A stretch of 64,000 nucleotides of DNA from an uncultured Chloroflexia bacterium (GTDB lineage Bacteria; Chloroflexota; Limnocylindria; Limnocylindrales; CSP1-4): the NCBI GenBank assembly GCA_963835945.1, contig CAWIHR010000043.1:46140-110139 (forward strand). Direction: 5' to 3'. Numbering within the stretch: position 1 is the stretch's first letter; the number at the start of each line of letters is the position of its first letter. Shown here piece after piece: positions 1-13,535 of the stretch. Made by a program: the position numbers and the translations under genes. The notes under the pieces were generated by a model that was given only the letters and a program-made list of their open reading frames with translations, was not told the DNA's origin and did no database searches.

Positions 1-2003
<2,003 letters not shown>

Positions 2004-2031
2004 GGTTCGGGTGCGTTCCTCCGTCTGCCCG

Positions 2032-2882
2032 TCAGAGCGCCTGGGCGCCCGACGCGATCTCGATCATCTCGCGCGTGATGTTGGCCTGGCGGACCTTGTT
2101 GTAGGTCAGCGTCAGGTCGTCGATCAGCTCTTCGGCGTTCTCGGTGGCGTTCTTCATGGCCACCATGCTGCTCGACTGCTCGCTGGCGGCGGACTCGAGG
2201 ACCGCCTGAAAGACGCGGATGGCCACGTAGCGCGGCAGCAGCTGCTGGAGCACGGCTCCCGGGCTGGGCTCGAAGAGGAACTGGTTGCCGGGAACCCCCC
2301 GCGTGTCTCGGGAGGGATGGATGGGCAGCAGCGTCTCCAGCACGGGGCGCTGGGTCAGCGTGGAGACGAACTCGGGGTAGACCAGGTCCACCCGGTCGTA
2401 CGTACCCGACAGGTAGTCGTCGGTAACCAAGCGGGCCAACGGCAGCACGTCGGAGAACGCCGGCCGGTCGCCGTAGTCAGGAAGAACGCGACGATCGGGA
2501 CCCGCATCCGGCGCAGGGCGTCGCGGCCCTTGCGCCCGATCGCGACCACAGCGAGATCGCCGGCATGGTTCACGATCTCGGCCGCGGCGAAACGCACCAC
2601 GTTCGCGTTCAGCGCGCCCGCCAGCGGCCGGTCAGTGGTGAACACGACCAGGCAGCGCCGGTGGCCCTCGCGCTGCGTAAGCAGGGGGTGCTCCTCGCCG
2701 CCCAACACGCTCGCCACGTCGGCGAGGACCTCCTCGAGCTTCTCGCTGTAGGGGCGTGCGGCGAGCGTGGCGTCCTGAGCCCGCTTGAGCTTCGACGCGG
2801 CCACGAACTGCATGGCCCGCGTGATCTGCTTGATGTTGCGGACCGACGCGATGCGGCGCCGGATCTCCCGCTGGCTCGCCAC
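2032..2882 (-). CDS. atpG: F1 ATP synthase gamma subunit, one frameshift near 2500 (missing C in ttccctgac)
   Basis: ORF 2355..2882 ([36 protein letters not shown]) joins ORF 2032..2448 (gamma C-terminus ...[25 protein letters not shown]). Confidence 0.9.
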
Positions 2883-2894
2883 GCTCTTCCGTCC

Positions 2895-4428
2895 CTACGC
2901 CAGGAAGCCCGGCTTGAACGCCCGGACTGCCTCGACCAGGCCGTCCGCGATCTCGTCGCTGAGCGTCTTGGTCTCCGCGAGCGTCTTCACGAGCGCCGCG
3001 TCGCTCGGACTCGAGGTAGCGGTAGAAGGCCTCCTCGAACTCGGCGATGCGGGGCGTGGGCACGTCGTCGAGGTGGCCACGCGTCACCACGTACAGGATC
3101 GCCACCTGCTTCTCGACCGGCTGCGGGTTGTACTGGGGCTGCTTCAGCACCTCGGACGTCTTCTCGCCGCGCGTCAGCTGGTCGCGGGTGGCCTTGTCCA
3201 GGTCCGAGGTGAACTGGGCGAACGCGGCCAGCTCGCGGTACTGGGCGAGGTCGAGCTTGAGCGGCCCGGCGACCTTCTTCATGGCCTTGGTCTGCGCCGC
3301 GGAGCCCACGCGCGACACCGAGATGCCGATGTTGAGCGCGGGCCGCTGCCCCGAGTAGAACAGGTCCGACTCGAGGTAGATCTGGCCGTCAGTGATGGAG
3401 ATGACGTTGGTCGGGATATAGGCCGACACGTCGCCGGCCTGCGTCTCGATCATCGGCAACGCCGTGAGGGAGCCGCCGCCGTGGTCCTCGCTGAGCCGCG
3501 CCGCGCGCTCGAGCAGACGGCTGTGGAGGTAGAAGACGTCGCCGGGGTACGCCTCGCGTCCAGGTGGACGGCGCAGCAGGAGGCTCATCTCGCGGTAGGC
3601 CCAGGCGTGCTTGGAAAGGTCGTCGTAGACGCACAGCGCGTCGCGGACGGTGGCGCCGTCCAGCTCCACGCCGGCCTCCATGATCTCCTCGCCCATCGCG
3701 CAGCCGGCATACGGGGCGAGATACTGCAGCGGCGCCGGGTCCTCCGCGCCGGCCACCACGACGATGGTGTGCCCCATGGCGCCGTGCTCTTCGAGCACCG
3801 CCACCGTCTTGGCCACGGTGGAGAGCTTCTGGCCAATGGCCACGTAGATGCAGACGAGGCCTTTGCCCTTCTGGTTGATGATCGTGTCGATGGCGATCGC
3901 GGTCTTGCCCGTTTGGCGGTCGCCGATGATCAGTTCGCGCTGCCCCCGGCCGATCGGGATCAGCGCGTCGATGGCCTTGATGCCTGTCTGCACCGGCGTG
4001 TCCACCGACTTGCGGGTGATGACGCCGGGGGCAATGCGCTCCACCGGCCGCGTCTTCGTCGCCTGGACGGGACCCTTGTCGTCGAGGGGACGGCCAAGGG
4101 GGTCGACGACGCGCCCGATGAGCCCCTTGCCGACCGGGACTTCCACGACCCGGCCGGTGGTCTTGACGGTGTCGCCCTGTTTGAGCGTCGTGTAGTCGCC
4201 CAGGATGACCGCGCCGACAGTGTCCTCGGAAAGGTTGAGGGCCATCCCCATCACGCCGCCCGGGAACTCCAGCAGCTCGGACGAGAGGGCGTCCTCGAGG
4301 CCGTAGATCTGGGCGATGCCGTCGCCCACCTCCACGATCGTGCCCACGGACCGCACGTCCATGCCCTGGTCGAATTTCTCGATCTCCGACCGGATGATGC
4401 GGGTGATTTCGTCTGAACGAATGGCCAT
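2895..4428 (-). CDS. atpA: F1 ATP synthase alpha subunit, one frameshift near 3003
   Basis: From M at 4428: [19 protein letters not shown]...[20 protein letters not shown] (P-loop) ...FYRYLESE. The reading then switches frame into ORF 2895..3080, which ends [24 protein letters not shown]. Confidence 0.9.
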
Positions 4429-4441
4429 GCTGGAGGTTCTC

Positions 4442-4987
4442 CTAGAGGGCGCCCGAGACGAGCCGGCTCCGCAGCCGCTCAAGGCGGCCCCGGACGCTCC
4501 CGTCGAACAGGCGGTCGCCGAGCCGGACGACGATCCCCCCGATCAGCGCGGGGTCGACCTCGGTCGTCAGGCGCACCGACCCGCCAGTGAGCTGCACGAG
4601 GCGGTCCGTGAGCTCGCGGCGCTCGTCGACGGAAAGCTCGGACGCGCTGGTGACCGCGGCGCTCGTGACGCCGCCGTGGCGGTCCACGAGCCGCTGGAAC
4701 TCCGAAGCCACGAGCGGCAGCAGCTCGGCGCGTCGCCGCTGCATCAGCAACCCGATGAGGTTGAGCACGGGCTGCGTCAGCGGCTGGAGCAGCACCCGCT
4801 GCAGGACCTCCTGGCGGGTCTGCGGCGCGAGGGTCGGGTTGACCAGCACCTCGGCCACCCGCGAATCCGCATAGGCCGCGGCTGCCCGGGCGAGCGCGTC
4901 GTTCCAGGCGTCGATCGCCCGGCCCTCGAGCGCGACCTGGAATGCGGCCTCGGCGTAGCGACGGGCGTCAGTGCGGGAGTGCGGCAT
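4442..4987 (-). CDS. atpH: F1 ATP synthase delta subunit (OSCP), intact
   Basis: 181 aa, OSCP-like; position between atpF and atpA; ATGA start/stop overlap with atpF. Confidence 0.85.
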   Translation of the reverse strand: MPHSRTDARRYAEAAFQVALEGRAIDAWNDALARAAAAYADSRVAEVLVNPTLAPQTRQEVLQRVLLQPLTQPVLNLIGLLMQRRRAELLPLVASEFQRLVDRHGGVTSAAVTSASELSVDERRELTDRLVQLTGGSVRLTTEVDPALIGGIVVRLGDRLFDGSVRGRLERLRSRLVSGAL

Positions 4988-5580
4988 CAGTGGGTCGCTC
5001 CGCCGCCGGCCGGGCCGCCACCCGCGGCGCCTCCCGGCGCCGTCTCGGCCAGAAACTGCTCGACCAGGCGTCGCTCGCGCTCGGAGGTCATGGTCTCCCC
5101 GATCACCCGGCCGGCGGCCCGGAGCGCGAGGTCCGCGATCTCGGCGCGGACGTCCGACATCGCGCGCTGGCCCGCGGCCTCGATCTCGGCTGCCGCTTGT
5201 TCGCGGAGCCGGTTGATCTCCTGGCGCGCCGCGGCGAGGTCGCGCTCGCGCGCTTCCTCGGCGCCTCGCTGCGCCCGCTGCAGGATCTCATTGGCCTCAT
5301 GCCGGGCCTCCGTGAGCACACGGTTCCGGTCCAGCGCCGAGTCTTCACGCTCGCGGCGGGCTTCGTCGGCGTCGCGCAGCCCCTGCTCGATCCGCTCCCG
5401 CCGCTGCGCGAGGATCTTCGTGACCGGCCCGAAGGCGAACTGCTGAAGCACCACGAGGAAGAAGAGGAAGTTGACGGCGGCGATTACGATCCAGAAGCCG
5501 TTCAAAACCAGCCCGGCACTGGAGGCCTCCGCCAGAACGGGGGCCAGCTGGTGGAATCCGCTGGCGGCGACCGTGTACAC
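4987..5580 (-). CDS. atpF: Fo ATP synthase subunit b, intact
   Basis: 197 aa, N-terminal TM helix then long charged coiled coil (AEARREREDSALDRNRVLTEARHEANEILQRAQ). Confidence 0.85.
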   Translation of the reverse strand: MYTVAASGFHQLAPVLAEASSAGLVLNGFWIVIAAVNFLFFLVVLQQFAFGPVTKILAQRRERIEQGLRDADEARREREDSALDRNRVLTEARHEANEILQRAQRGAEEARERDLAAARQEINRLREQAAAEIEAAGQRAMSDVRAEIADLALRAAGRVIGETMTSERERRLVEQFLAETAPGGAAGGGPAGGGATH

Positions 5581-5612
5581 GTGTCCCGACCCTTCCGGGG
5601 TAGCGAGCGCGA

Positions 5613-5846
5613 CTACTTCAGGAAGACGAGCAGGACGCCGACCACGAAGGCCAGGATCCCGAGCCCTTCAGCGAACGCCGCGCCCAGGATGAACGTGGCC
5701 CGGATCGTCGACGCCGCGTCGGGATTGCGGCCCATCGCGCTCGTCGACATGCCGGTCAGGATCCCGATCCCGATGCCGGGACCGATCACCGCGAAGACGG
5801 CAAGGCCGGCCCCCAGCATCGCGACATCACCAGTCATATTCCGCAC
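5613..5846 (-). CDS. atpE: Fo ATP synthase subunit c, intact
   Basis: 77 aa two-helix proteolipid: MLGAGLAVFAVIGPGIGIGILTG...AFAEGLGILAFVVGVLLVFLK. Confidence 0.9.
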   Translation of the reverse strand: MRNMTGDVAMLGAGLAVFAVIGPGIGIGILTGMSTSAMGRNPDAASTIRATFILGAAFAEGLGILAFVVGVLLVFLK

Positions 5847-5903
5847 GACCCTCCACTGTGCTCCCTCCCTCGCCTCCGCGAGGCGTACGGGGAGCTTCGA
5901 CTG

Positions 5904-6959
5904 TCAGTACGCGGGCCCGGGTGCAGGCCCCGCGTCGAGTGCCGGCCCGACATCACCCTCGGAAACGGCGACGAACGCTGGCGCGGCGTGCTCCTCCTCG
6001 TGGGGCCGCTCGATCGCGGTCAGGATGTACATGAGAGTGAGCGACGCGAAGATCAGGGCCTGGATGAAGCCGATGAGCCCCTCCAGGGCCACGAATGGGA
6101 TGGGCACGAAGGCGATGATCAAGGCGGTGAAGACGCCCAACATGATCCCGCCGCCATACAGGTTGCCAAATAGACGGAAGGACAGCGTGACAGGTTTGAA
6201 GCACTCAAGCAGGAACTCGATGAGGCCCACGTAGAGGTCGATCACGCCGTCCTGGACGCTGTGGCCGAACCCGCGCAGGTTGATGTACTTGCCGAGGTAG
6301 CCGCGCAGGCCCAGGGCGCGGACACCCTCCACGTGGGTCAGCACGAACGTCACCAGCGCCAAGCCGATGGTGAAATTGAGGTCGCTGGTGGGCGTCCGGA
6401 GGACGCTCACCTTGTCGCCGAAGAGGATCAGGTCGGTCCAGTTGGCGAACATGATGAAGAGGAAGAAGGCCGAGAAAAGGCTGACGTACGGCCGTGCCGC
6501 CGGGCCGCCCAGGCCGTCGGCGAAGTTGGCGAACTGCTCGTACATCCACTCGAATACGTTCTGCAGGCGCCCGGGCACTAGGCTCATCCGTCGAGTGGCG
6601 GCGATCGACAGCACGAGCAAGGCCACGATCACGATCCAGGAGGCCAGGATGCTCGAGGTGATGCTGGGATGGAACTCGACCAAGAGCGCCGAGTTGGACA
6701 CCGCACCGCCAGGCGCGAAGTCCCACACGACGTTGGGCGGCACGGGCTCCAGGTTCTGGAGGATCGTGACCTTGGGATCGGGGAAGCCCTTTGGCGCGGC
6801 CAGGACCACCGCGATCGCATCGACCACCACGACGGCCGCGGCGGCGATCCACAGGGGACGGCGCGACCGCGACCCCGCGGGCGAGGCGCCCTCTGTTGCC
6901 TCCGCCCCGGCGATTGACTCCCCGGCGGGCGAATGCTCGCTCGTCACCTTACTCCACAC
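5904..6959 (-). CDS. atpB: Fo ATP synthase subunit a, with extended N-terminus; true start may be internal
   Basis: 351 aa; C-terminal helices ...RLFGNLYGGGIML...LIFASLTLMYILTAIE match the a-subunit signature with the conserved Arg. Confidence 0.85.
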   Translation of the reverse strand: MWSKVTSEHSPAGESIAGAEATEGASPAGSRSRRPLWIAAAAVVVVDAIAVVLAAPKGFPDPKVTILQNLEPVPPNVVWDFAPGGAVSNSALLVEFHPSITSSILASWIVIVALLVLSIAATRRMSLVPGRLQNVFEWMYEQFANFADGLGGPAARPYVSLFSAFFLFIMFANWTDLILFGDKVSVLRTPTSDLNFTIGLALVTFVLTHVEGVRALGLRGYLGKYINLRGFGHSVQDGVIDLYVGLIEFLLECFKPVTLSFRLFGNLYGGGIMLGVFTALIIAFVPIPFVALEGLIGFIQALIFASLTLMYILTAIERPHEEEHAAPAFVAVSEGDVGPALDAGPAPGPAY

Positions 6960-6993
6960 GCTGGGCGCGACAGGTGTCGCGCTAGGATCTCGA

Positions 6994-7215
6994 TCACTCG
7001 TACCGTGCCAGGAACCTGCTGATGAGCCGCATCACGACGAGCCCCCCGGTCGCGAGCCCCAGCAGCGAGCCCACTAGGAGGAAGACCGGCAGCGTATGCA
7101 GCTGCTTGTCGACCCACGCGCCCGCCAGGACGAAGAGCAGGATCGTGGTCACCAGGACGGCGCCAATCTCGGAGAAGAGGGCTACATAGGCGCCGGCCCG
7201 ACCAGGCTCACGCAC
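6994..7215 (-). CDS. atpI: AtpZ/AtpI-like small membrane protein heading the atp operon
   Basis: 73 aa, two TM helices, directly upstream of atpB. Confidence 0.6.
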   Translation of the reverse strand: MREPGRAGAYVALFSEIGAVLVTTILLFVLAGAWVDKQLHTLPVFLLVGSLLGLATGGLVVMRLISRFLARYE

Positions 7216-7281
7216 TCGTCACCCGGTACAGCCGCGAGAGTATACCAGCGGCCGCGGATCGGACGACGATGCGTGGCGCGG

Positions 7282-8562
7282 TCATCGGGGTCCGACGTGC
7301 CCGCCGGTCTGCCCGGCAGGAGGCATGCCGCGGCCCGCCGCGTCGGCCCGCGGCATGGGGTGCGCGTCGACAACCGGGGCCGGGCATGAACCGGTAGGGG
7401 ACGTGCGGGGGGCGCCGGCCGCCGAGGGCGCACGGGCGGAGGCTGCCGCGTCCCCGTTCGGCGCGTCATCGTAGGCGTGGGCGGCGAGCCCCGTCACCGA
7501 GGTGTCGCCGGCTCGCGTGGTGAGCAGGTATAGGAGCACGCCGCTTGCGACCACGATGCCGAGGAACGCGTACAGCTGGCCCGTCCCGGAGAGCCGGAAC
7601 GAGAGGATGGCGAGGAGCGTGCAGATGCCGTAGATGACCAGCACGGCCGCGCGGTGGCTGAGGCCGAGGTCGAGCAGTCGGTGATGCAGGTGGCCCCGGT
7701 CCGGCGCGAACGGCGAGGCGCCCCGGGCCAGCCTCCGGACGATGATCCAGAACGCGTCGATGATCGGAACGCCCAGCACCAGCAGCGCCACGGCCACCTT
7801 CGCCGTCCCCAGCAGCGAGAGCACCGCGAGCGTGTAGCCGATCAGGAACACGCCGGTCGTGCCCACGAAGATCCGAGCCGGATGGAAGTTCCAGGGCAGG
7901 AAACCAGCTAGAGACCCGGCCATCGTGAGGCACAAGATCGCAACCACCGGCTGCGTGGGCGTCGCGGTTAGCGAGATCCCGCCGAGCGTGAGCGCGGCGA
8001 TCATGGCGATCCCGGTGCTCAGTCCGTCCAGCCCGTCGATCCAGTTGATCGCATTGACCATGCCGATGATCCAGAAGGCCGTGAACCCGAGCGCGAACAC
8101 CCCAGTGATGCTGATGATCCCGCTGCCGAACGGGTTGTTGACGAACCCAATCGTCATACCGGACACAATCGCGACGAGCGCAAGGACGGCCTGGGCGAGG
8201 AACTGCCAGCGGGCGCGCAGGTCGAACCGGTCGTCGACGAAACCGAACGCGGCGGCCAAGCCGGCTCCCAGAAAGAGCCCCGCGAGCTCCCGCGGCGGTG
8301 GCCGCAGCCCGAGCGGTAGGAGATCCTGTCGCCGCTGGAACACGAGCACGCCAAGGCCCACGACCACGAACGCTGCGGCCACCGCCAGTCCTCCCCCGCG
8401 CGGTGTGGCCTCGTGGTGGACGCGCCGCTCGCCAGGCCGGTCGATGGCCCCGACCTTCACGGCGAGCCGGGCGGCGACGGGTGTCAGCAGGAATGCAGCG
8501 AGCGCGGCTAGGACGAGGCCGGCCAACGCCAGCGGGAGCGCCTCGCGGCCCTCCGGGGTCAC
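7282..8562 (-). CDS. wecA: Polyprenyl-phosphate N-acetylhexosamine-1-phosphate transferase (MraY/WecA family, GT4)
   Basis: 426 aa polytopic protein with [13 protein letters not shown] and HHRLLDLG motifs; upstream of the atp operon as in Actinobacteria (rfe) and Bacillus. Confidence 0.85.
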   Translation of the reverse strand: MTPEGREALPLALAGLVLAALAAFLLTPVAARLAVKVGAIDRPGERRVHHEATPRGGGLAVAAAFVVVGLGVLVFQRRQDLLPLGLRPPPRELAGLFLGAGLAAAFGFVDDRFDLRARWQFLAQAVLALVAIVSGMTIGFVNNPFGSGIISITGVFALGFTAFWIIGMVNAINWIDGLDGLSTGIAMIAALTLGGISLTATPTQPVVAILCLTMAGSLAGFLPWNFHPARIFVGTTGVFLIGYTLAVLSLLGTAKVAVALLVLGVPIIDAFWIIVRRLARGASPFAPDRGHLHHRLLDLGLSHRAAVLVIYGICTLLAILSFRLSGTGQLYAFLGIVVASGVLLYLLTTRAGDTSVTGLAAHAYDDAPNGDAAASARAPSAAGAPRTSPTGSCPAPVVDAHPMPRADAAGRGMPPAGQTGGHVGPR

Positions 8563-9888
8563 GTCTCGGGAAGCCCCGGAACAGCAAAGCGCGCGCAGAT
8601 CTCGTGGACGGCGCCAGCGATGCGCCCGAGTGTCGCCTCGTCCTCGCGGCCGGCGATGGCGCTCACGATCAGTTCGCCGATCTCACGCATCTGGTCGGCG
8701 CCCATGCCGCGGGTCGTCACGGCCGGCGTTCCGACGCGGATCCCCGACGCGATGTTGGGCGGGTTCTGATCGAAGGGGATGGCGTTCTTGTTGACCGTAA
8801 TGCCCACGTCGTCGAGGATGGACTCGGCCTCGCGGCCGGTGACGCCGAGGGGCGTCACGTCCACGAGCATCAGGTGTGTGTCAGTGCCACCGGACACGAG
8901 CCTTGCGCCGCGGTCGCGGAGCGACGCCGGCGAGGAGCTGCGCGTTCTCCACGGTGCGCCGCTGGTCCTCGCGGTATTCCGGCGACGATGCGAGCAGCAG
9001 GGCCACGGCCTTGGCGGCGATCACGTGCATTAAGGGACCACCCTGCACGCCGGGGAAGACACTCTTGTCGACCGCGGCGCCGAGTGTCGTCTTTGCCAGC
9101 TTCGGGTAGTTCGCCTTCAGCTCCGGCGTCAGGTCGTCGCGGCTGAACACGAGGCCGCCCCGCGGGCCTCGCAGGGTCTTGTGCGTGGTCGTCGTGACGA
9201 TGTCCGCATGCGGGAACGGCGAGGGGTGGAGGCCCGCGGCGATCAGGCCGGCGATGTGGGCCATGTCGACCATCAGGACGGCTCCGACGCCGTGGGCGAT
9301 GGCGGCCAGCCGCTCGAAGTCGAGCGTGCGCGGGTAGGCCGACGCACCGGCGACCAGCAGTCGGGGCCGAACCTCCTGCGCGGCCCGCTCCAGGACATCG
9401 TAGTCAAGCACCTCGGTGCCGCGCTCGACGCCGTAGCTGTGGACGTCGAACCACTTGCCGCTGAAGTTCACGGGCGACCCGTGGGTCAGGTGCCCGCCGT
9501 GCGCCAGCGAGAGGCCCATGATCCGGTCACCGTGGTCGAGCACGGCGAGATAGGCCGCCATATTGGCTTGCGCGCCCGAGTGGGGCTGTACGTTGACATG
9601 CTCGGCGCCCGGGAACAGGGCGAGCGCGCGCTCCTGCGCCAGCCGCTCGGCGACGTCCACGTACTCGCAGCCGCCGTAGTAGCGCTTGCCGGGGAGCCCC
9701 TCGGCATACTTGTTGGTGAGCCAGGTCCCCTGCGCCTGCAGCACGGCGCCGAAGACGTAGTTCTCGCTTGCAATCAGCTCGAGCTTCCAGCGCTGCCGGT
9801 CGCGCTCGCCCTCGATCGCCGCCCAGAGCTCGGGATCTACGTCGGCGAGGGGCGCCCACGCGAGCTCGCGGCTCGTCGTCACGGTCAT
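8559..9888 (-). CDS. glyA: Serine hydroxymethyltransferase, one frameshift near 8890-8930
   Basis: ORF 8881..9888 (…[27 protein letters not shown]...[14 protein letters not shown]) plus ORF 8559..8897 (…THLMLVD...[11 protein letters not shown]...[14 protein letters not shown]). Confidence 0.9.
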
Positions 9889-9978
9889 GTGCGGTTCCTC
9901 ACCCGTGTTGCGTGAGGCACCAGTGTACCCGTCGGGAGTGGGGCCGCTCCAGTGCCACGTGGGCAGAGCCTAGTAGGG

Positions 9979-10668
9979 TCAGCCCGCGTCAGCGAGAATG
10001 ACCGTGAACGGGAGCGCCCCGGCGCGCAGCAGCTCAGGTGGGCCGCCCGATCCGCGGAAGCGCACCACCGTGGAGGGCACGCCACCGGGCGTGGGGCCGT
10101 CATCGAGCACGAGGTCGAGCCAGGGGCCCAGCTGGCGGATCGCCTCGGCAGCATCTCGGGTGTCGGTGGCACCCGACAGGTTGGCGGAGGTCAGGGGCAA
10201 GGGGCCCAAGGCCCGGGCGAGCGCCCGCGGCGTGGGGTGGTCGGGGACGCGACAGCCGATGGCGCCGCTGTCGCCGGTCAGGATCTCTGGAAGCGTCACG
10301 CCGGGCCTGACCGGCACAACCATGGTCAGAGGCCCGGGCCAGTGACGTGCCGCCAGCCGGCGCGCGGCGGGAGACAGCTCGCCCACGGACGCGGCCTGGT
10401 CGACGTCGTCGACGAGCAGCGTGATGCCCTTGCTCGGCGGGCGCTGCTTGGCGTCGAGCAGCCGCTCGATAGCCGCGGGGTCGAGCAGGCACGTGATGCC
10501 GTAGACGGTCTCGGTCGGGACGGCGACGAGGCCCCCGGCCCTGAGCGCCCCGACGGCGGCGCGGATGGCGCCGGGGTCGCGCGCCGCCAGCACGCGGGGC
10601 GCCGCCCGCGGGCGGGGCCCCGCCCGCTCGTCGCAGTCGCCATGGTGGGCGCCATCAGGCGGGTCCAT
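9979..10668 (-). CDS. tsaC: L-threonylcarbamoyladenylate synthase (YrdC/TsaC-type, single domain)
   Basis: From M87 of ORF 9979..10926: ...LRAGGLVAVPTETVYGITC...LLVDDVDQAAS...GPLTSANLSG. Conserved position between glyA and prmC. Confidence 0.75.
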   Translation of the reverse strand: MDPPDGAHHGDCDERAGPRPRAAPRVLAARDPGAIRAAVGALRAGGLVAVPTETVYGITCLLDPAAIERLLDAKQRPPSKGITLLVDDVDQAASVGELSPAARRLAARHWPGPLTMVVPVRPGVTLPEILTGDSGAIGCRVPDHPTPRALARALGPLPLTSANLSGATDTRDAAEAIRQLGPWLDLVLDDGPTPGGVPSTVVRFRGSGGPPELLRAGALPFTVILADAG

Positions 10669-11567
10669 CAGGCGGCCGCCCTCCCCAGGACGAGGGTCTC
10701 GATCGCCAGCGCCGCGCCGTCCTCCTCGAACGTGCCGGTCACGTGGCGTGCAACGGAGCGGACCGTGTCCGGTGCACTCCCCATCGCCACCCCATACCCC
10801 ACCTCCGTGAGCATTTCGGCGTCGTTGTACTGGTCGCCAATCGCCATCGTCTGCACCAGCGGGATCCCCAGGCGGCGCGCGAGCCAGCGGACTGCCCGGC
10901 CCTTGGTGACGCCCGGCGCGTTCCACTCGAGGTAGTCAGGGTACGAGACCGTCACGTGAGCGCGACCCTCGAACGCCGCCCGCGCCATCGGCAGCCACGT
11001 CTCGGGCAGCGGCGCCGCGCCCACTGCCAGTACCTTCGTGACGGACCCGCGGACGGCCATCAGCAGGTCGGGAACGAACTCCGCTCCAGTCCCGGACAGC
11101 CACTCGTAGGCCCCGGCACTCGTGGAGTTGACCTCCATGATCAGGCGGTCATGCACGTTGACGTGCGGATCGAAGCCGCGCTCGCGGGCCCAGCGGATCG
11201 CTTCCTTCGCCACGGCGCCGGACAGGGTCCGGTGGAACAGCAGCCGGCCGGGCGTGTCGTCGGGCGAAGGAAGGTCGCGGACGTATCCGCCTTGGTAGCA
11301 GATGATCGGCGCGACGATCCCGAGGGACTGGGCAAAGGGCACGCTGCTGCGATACATGCGCCCGGTCGCGATGGTGACGGCCACGCCCGACTCGAGGGCG
11401 GCGGTAACCGCGCGCCGAACCCGGGGCCGAATGACCCGGTCGTGTCCCAGGAGCGTGCCGTCCAGGTCGAGGACGAGGAAACGCACGGGACGCTCCGCGC
11501 GGCCGCGGCGCCCGCCAAAGGCGGCCGGGTCGGCGGGCGTCGTCGTGCGGTCGCTTCCGATCATGGC
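10668..11567 (-). CDS. HAD-superfamily hydrolase, Cof-type (IIB) phosphatase
   Basis: FLVLDLDGTLL motif I, ...AIGDQYNDAEMLTEVGYGVAMG motif IV; start chosen at MIGSDRTT just after the prmC stop. Confidence 0.75.
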   Translation of the reverse strand, partial: AMIGSDRTTTPADPAAFGGRRGRAERPVRFLVLDLDGTLLGHDRVIRPRVRRAVTAALESGVAVTIATGRMYRSSVPFAQSLGIVAPIICYQGGYVRDLPSPDDTPGRLLFHRTLSGAVAKEAIRWARERGFDPHVNVHDRLIMEVNSTSAGAYEWLSGTGAEFVPDLLMAVRGSVTKVLAVGAAPLPETWLPMARAAFEGRAHVTVSYPDYLEWNAPGVTKGRAVRWLARRLGIPLVQTMAIGDQYNDAEMLTEVGYGVAMGSAPDTVRSVARHVTGTFEEDGAALAIETLVLGRAAA

Positions 11568-12457
11568 GCCGCCAACTCCACAACTCGCGGGATCCCCGCG
11601 AGGTCCTCGTGCCAAATGAGCGTGCAGCTGGGGACAGCCTCGCTGGCCGCCACCCGCACCGCGTCGGCCTGGCCAGCCCCGATCTCGAGCAGCGCGATCC
11701 CCCGCACTCGCAGCACCACCGGGAGCAGCTCCAGCAGGCGCCGCACGATGGTCAAACCGTCCGGCCCCCCGTCGAGCGCGAGTGCCGGCTCAAAGTGCGC
11801 CGCCACTGCGAGCCGCGGCATCTCTGCAGACGGGACATACGGGAGGTTTGCCAACAACACATCGACCGGAGGTTCGCCCGGCGGCAACAGGTCGGCGCGA
11901 GCGAAACGGATCGCGTCGGCCAGTCCGTGCCCGACCGCGTTCTCCGTTGCCAGCGCCAGCGCCTCGGCCGACATGTCCGTCGCGAGCAGTTCGGTCACCC
12001 GGAGCATCCCGCGGCGGCGCAGCGAGGCCGCGACGGCGATCCCGACCGCTCCGGAACCAGTCCCGATGTCGGCGATGCGGCACCGGCCTCTTTCGAGAAT
12101 CGTCGCCACAGCGCGTGCAATCCCGAGGTCGACCAGCAACTCAGTGTCCGGGCGCGGGATCAGTACCCGGGAATCGACGGACAGTGCAAGGCCGTGGAAC
12201 TCCTTGAGCCCCCGGATGTACGCCACCGGCTCGCCCCGCTCGCGCCTGGCAACGGCGTCCTGGACACGCCCTGCCTGGGCCGGCGATAACGGCGTCTCCG
12301 GATGCGCGATCACGGTGGTTCGGTCGGTGCCAAGCGCGTGCGCGACCAGCAGCTCGGCGTCGAGGCGAGCGGTCTCCGATCCGCTTGCCCGGAGCCGCGC
12401 GATGGCCGCGTCGAGGCTCCGGCCCAGCGTGACCGTGCCGGTGGAGTCAGGCGGCAT
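11561..12457 (-). CDS. prmC: Release-factor glutamine N5-methyltransferase
   Basis: 298 aa; [17 protein letters not shown] motif and NLPY catalytic motif; immediately downstream of prfA. Confidence 0.9.
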   Translation of the reverse strand: MPPDSTGTVTLGRSLDAAIARLRASGSETARLDAELLVAHALGTDRTTVIAHPETPLSPAQAGRVQDAVARRERGEPVAYIRGLKEFHGLALSVDSRVLIPRPDTELLVDLGIARAVATILERGRCRIADIGTGSGAVGIAVAASLRRRGMLRVTELLATDMSAEALALATENAVGHGLADAIRFARADLLPPGEPPVDVLLANLPYVPSAEMPRLAVAAHFEPALALDGGPDGLTIVRRLLELLPVVLRVRGIALLEIGAGQADAVRVAASEAVPSCTLIWHEDLAGIPRVVELAAP

Positions 12458-13535
12458 CGCCCTCGCCGAGGTCCGCCATCCGCTCCGCCTGGTCCGTCTG
12501 CACGAGCGTGTCGATCAAGCGGTCCAGGTCGCCGTCGAGCACGGCGGGCAGGTTGTGCAGGTCCATACCGATCCGGTGGTCAGTCACTCGGTCCTGCGGG
12601 AAGTTATAGGTGCGGATCTTCTCCGAACGCTCCCCGGACCCCACCATGCTCCGCCGCTTCGCGGCCTCGGCTTCGTGGGCCTTGCGCTGCTCGATCTCGA
12701 GGAGCCGCGAGCGGAGCACGCCCATTGCCTTCGCCTTGTTCTTGTGCTGGCTCTTCTCGTCCTGGATCGCCACCACAAGTCCGCTCGGGATGTGCGTGAT
12801 ACGCACCGCCGAATCTGTAGTGTTGACACTCTGTCCACCCGGGCCCGTGGACCTGTACACGTCGATGCGCAGGTCCCGCTCGTCGATTTGGACGTCTACC
12901 TCGTCGGCCTCCGGCAAGACCGCGACCGTCGCGGTCGAGGTGTGGACGCGACCAGACGACTCGGTCTCGGGCACACGCTGCACGCGATGCACGCCACCCT
13001 CGAACTTCAGGCGGCTGTACGCACGGACTCCGTGCACCTCGAAGATCACCTCGCGCAGCCCCCCGATCCCGGTCTCGCTCGTCGAGAGCACCTCCACGCT
13101 CCAGCGACGCCGCTCGGCATACCGCGCGTACATGCGGAACAGATCCGCGGCGAACAGCGCCGCTTCCTCCCCGCCGGTGCCAGCGCGGATCTCGACGATC
13201 ACGTCGCGCTCGTCGAGCGGATCGTGTGGGAGCAACTCGACCTTCAGGGCCTCCAGAAGCCGCGCCTCCTCCGCTTCCAGTCGGTGCACCTCGTCGCGCG
13301 CCATGTCGCGCAGCTGCGGGTCCGCGTCCTCGTCGCGCATCCCTCGAACGCCGGCCAGCTCCCGGCGCGCGGCTTGCACGCGGTCCCACGTGTCCACGGT
13401 CGGCTCGATCCGCGCCAGCTCCTTCCCGATGCGGCGCAGCGCGTCGGGGTCCGCGGCCACCTCCGGGCGCGAGAGCTCCTCGTGCAGCCGCTGGGCCTGG
13501 AGCGACAGCTCGGCCAGGCGATCCTCGAACCTCAC
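12447..13535 (-). CDS. prfA: Peptide chain release factor 1, intact
   Basis: 362 aa; PVT-region and GGQ motif ([24 protein letters not shown]). Confidence 0.95.
   Translation of the reverse strand: MRFEDRLAELSLQAQRLHEELSRPEVAADPDALRRIGKELARIEPTVDTWDRVQAARRELAGVRGMRDEDADPQLRDMARDEVHRLEAEEARLLEALKVELLPHDPLDERDVIVEIRAGTGGEEAALFAADLFRMYARYAERRRWSVEVLSTSETGIGGLREVIFEVHGVRAYSRLKFEGGVHRVQRVPETESSGRVHTSTATVAVLPEADEVDVQIDERDLRIDVYRSTGPGGQSVNTTDSAVRITHIPSGLVVAIQDEKSQHKNKAKAMGVLRSRLLEIEQRKAHEAEAAKRRSMVGSGERSEKIRTYNFPQDRVTDHRIGMDLHNLPAVLDGDLDRLIDTLVQTDQAERMADLGEGDAA

Noticed and set aside
2785-4416. 543-aa + strand ORF
   Set aside because: Antisense to atpA; low-complexity Arg/Gly/Leu-rich; no recognisable domain.
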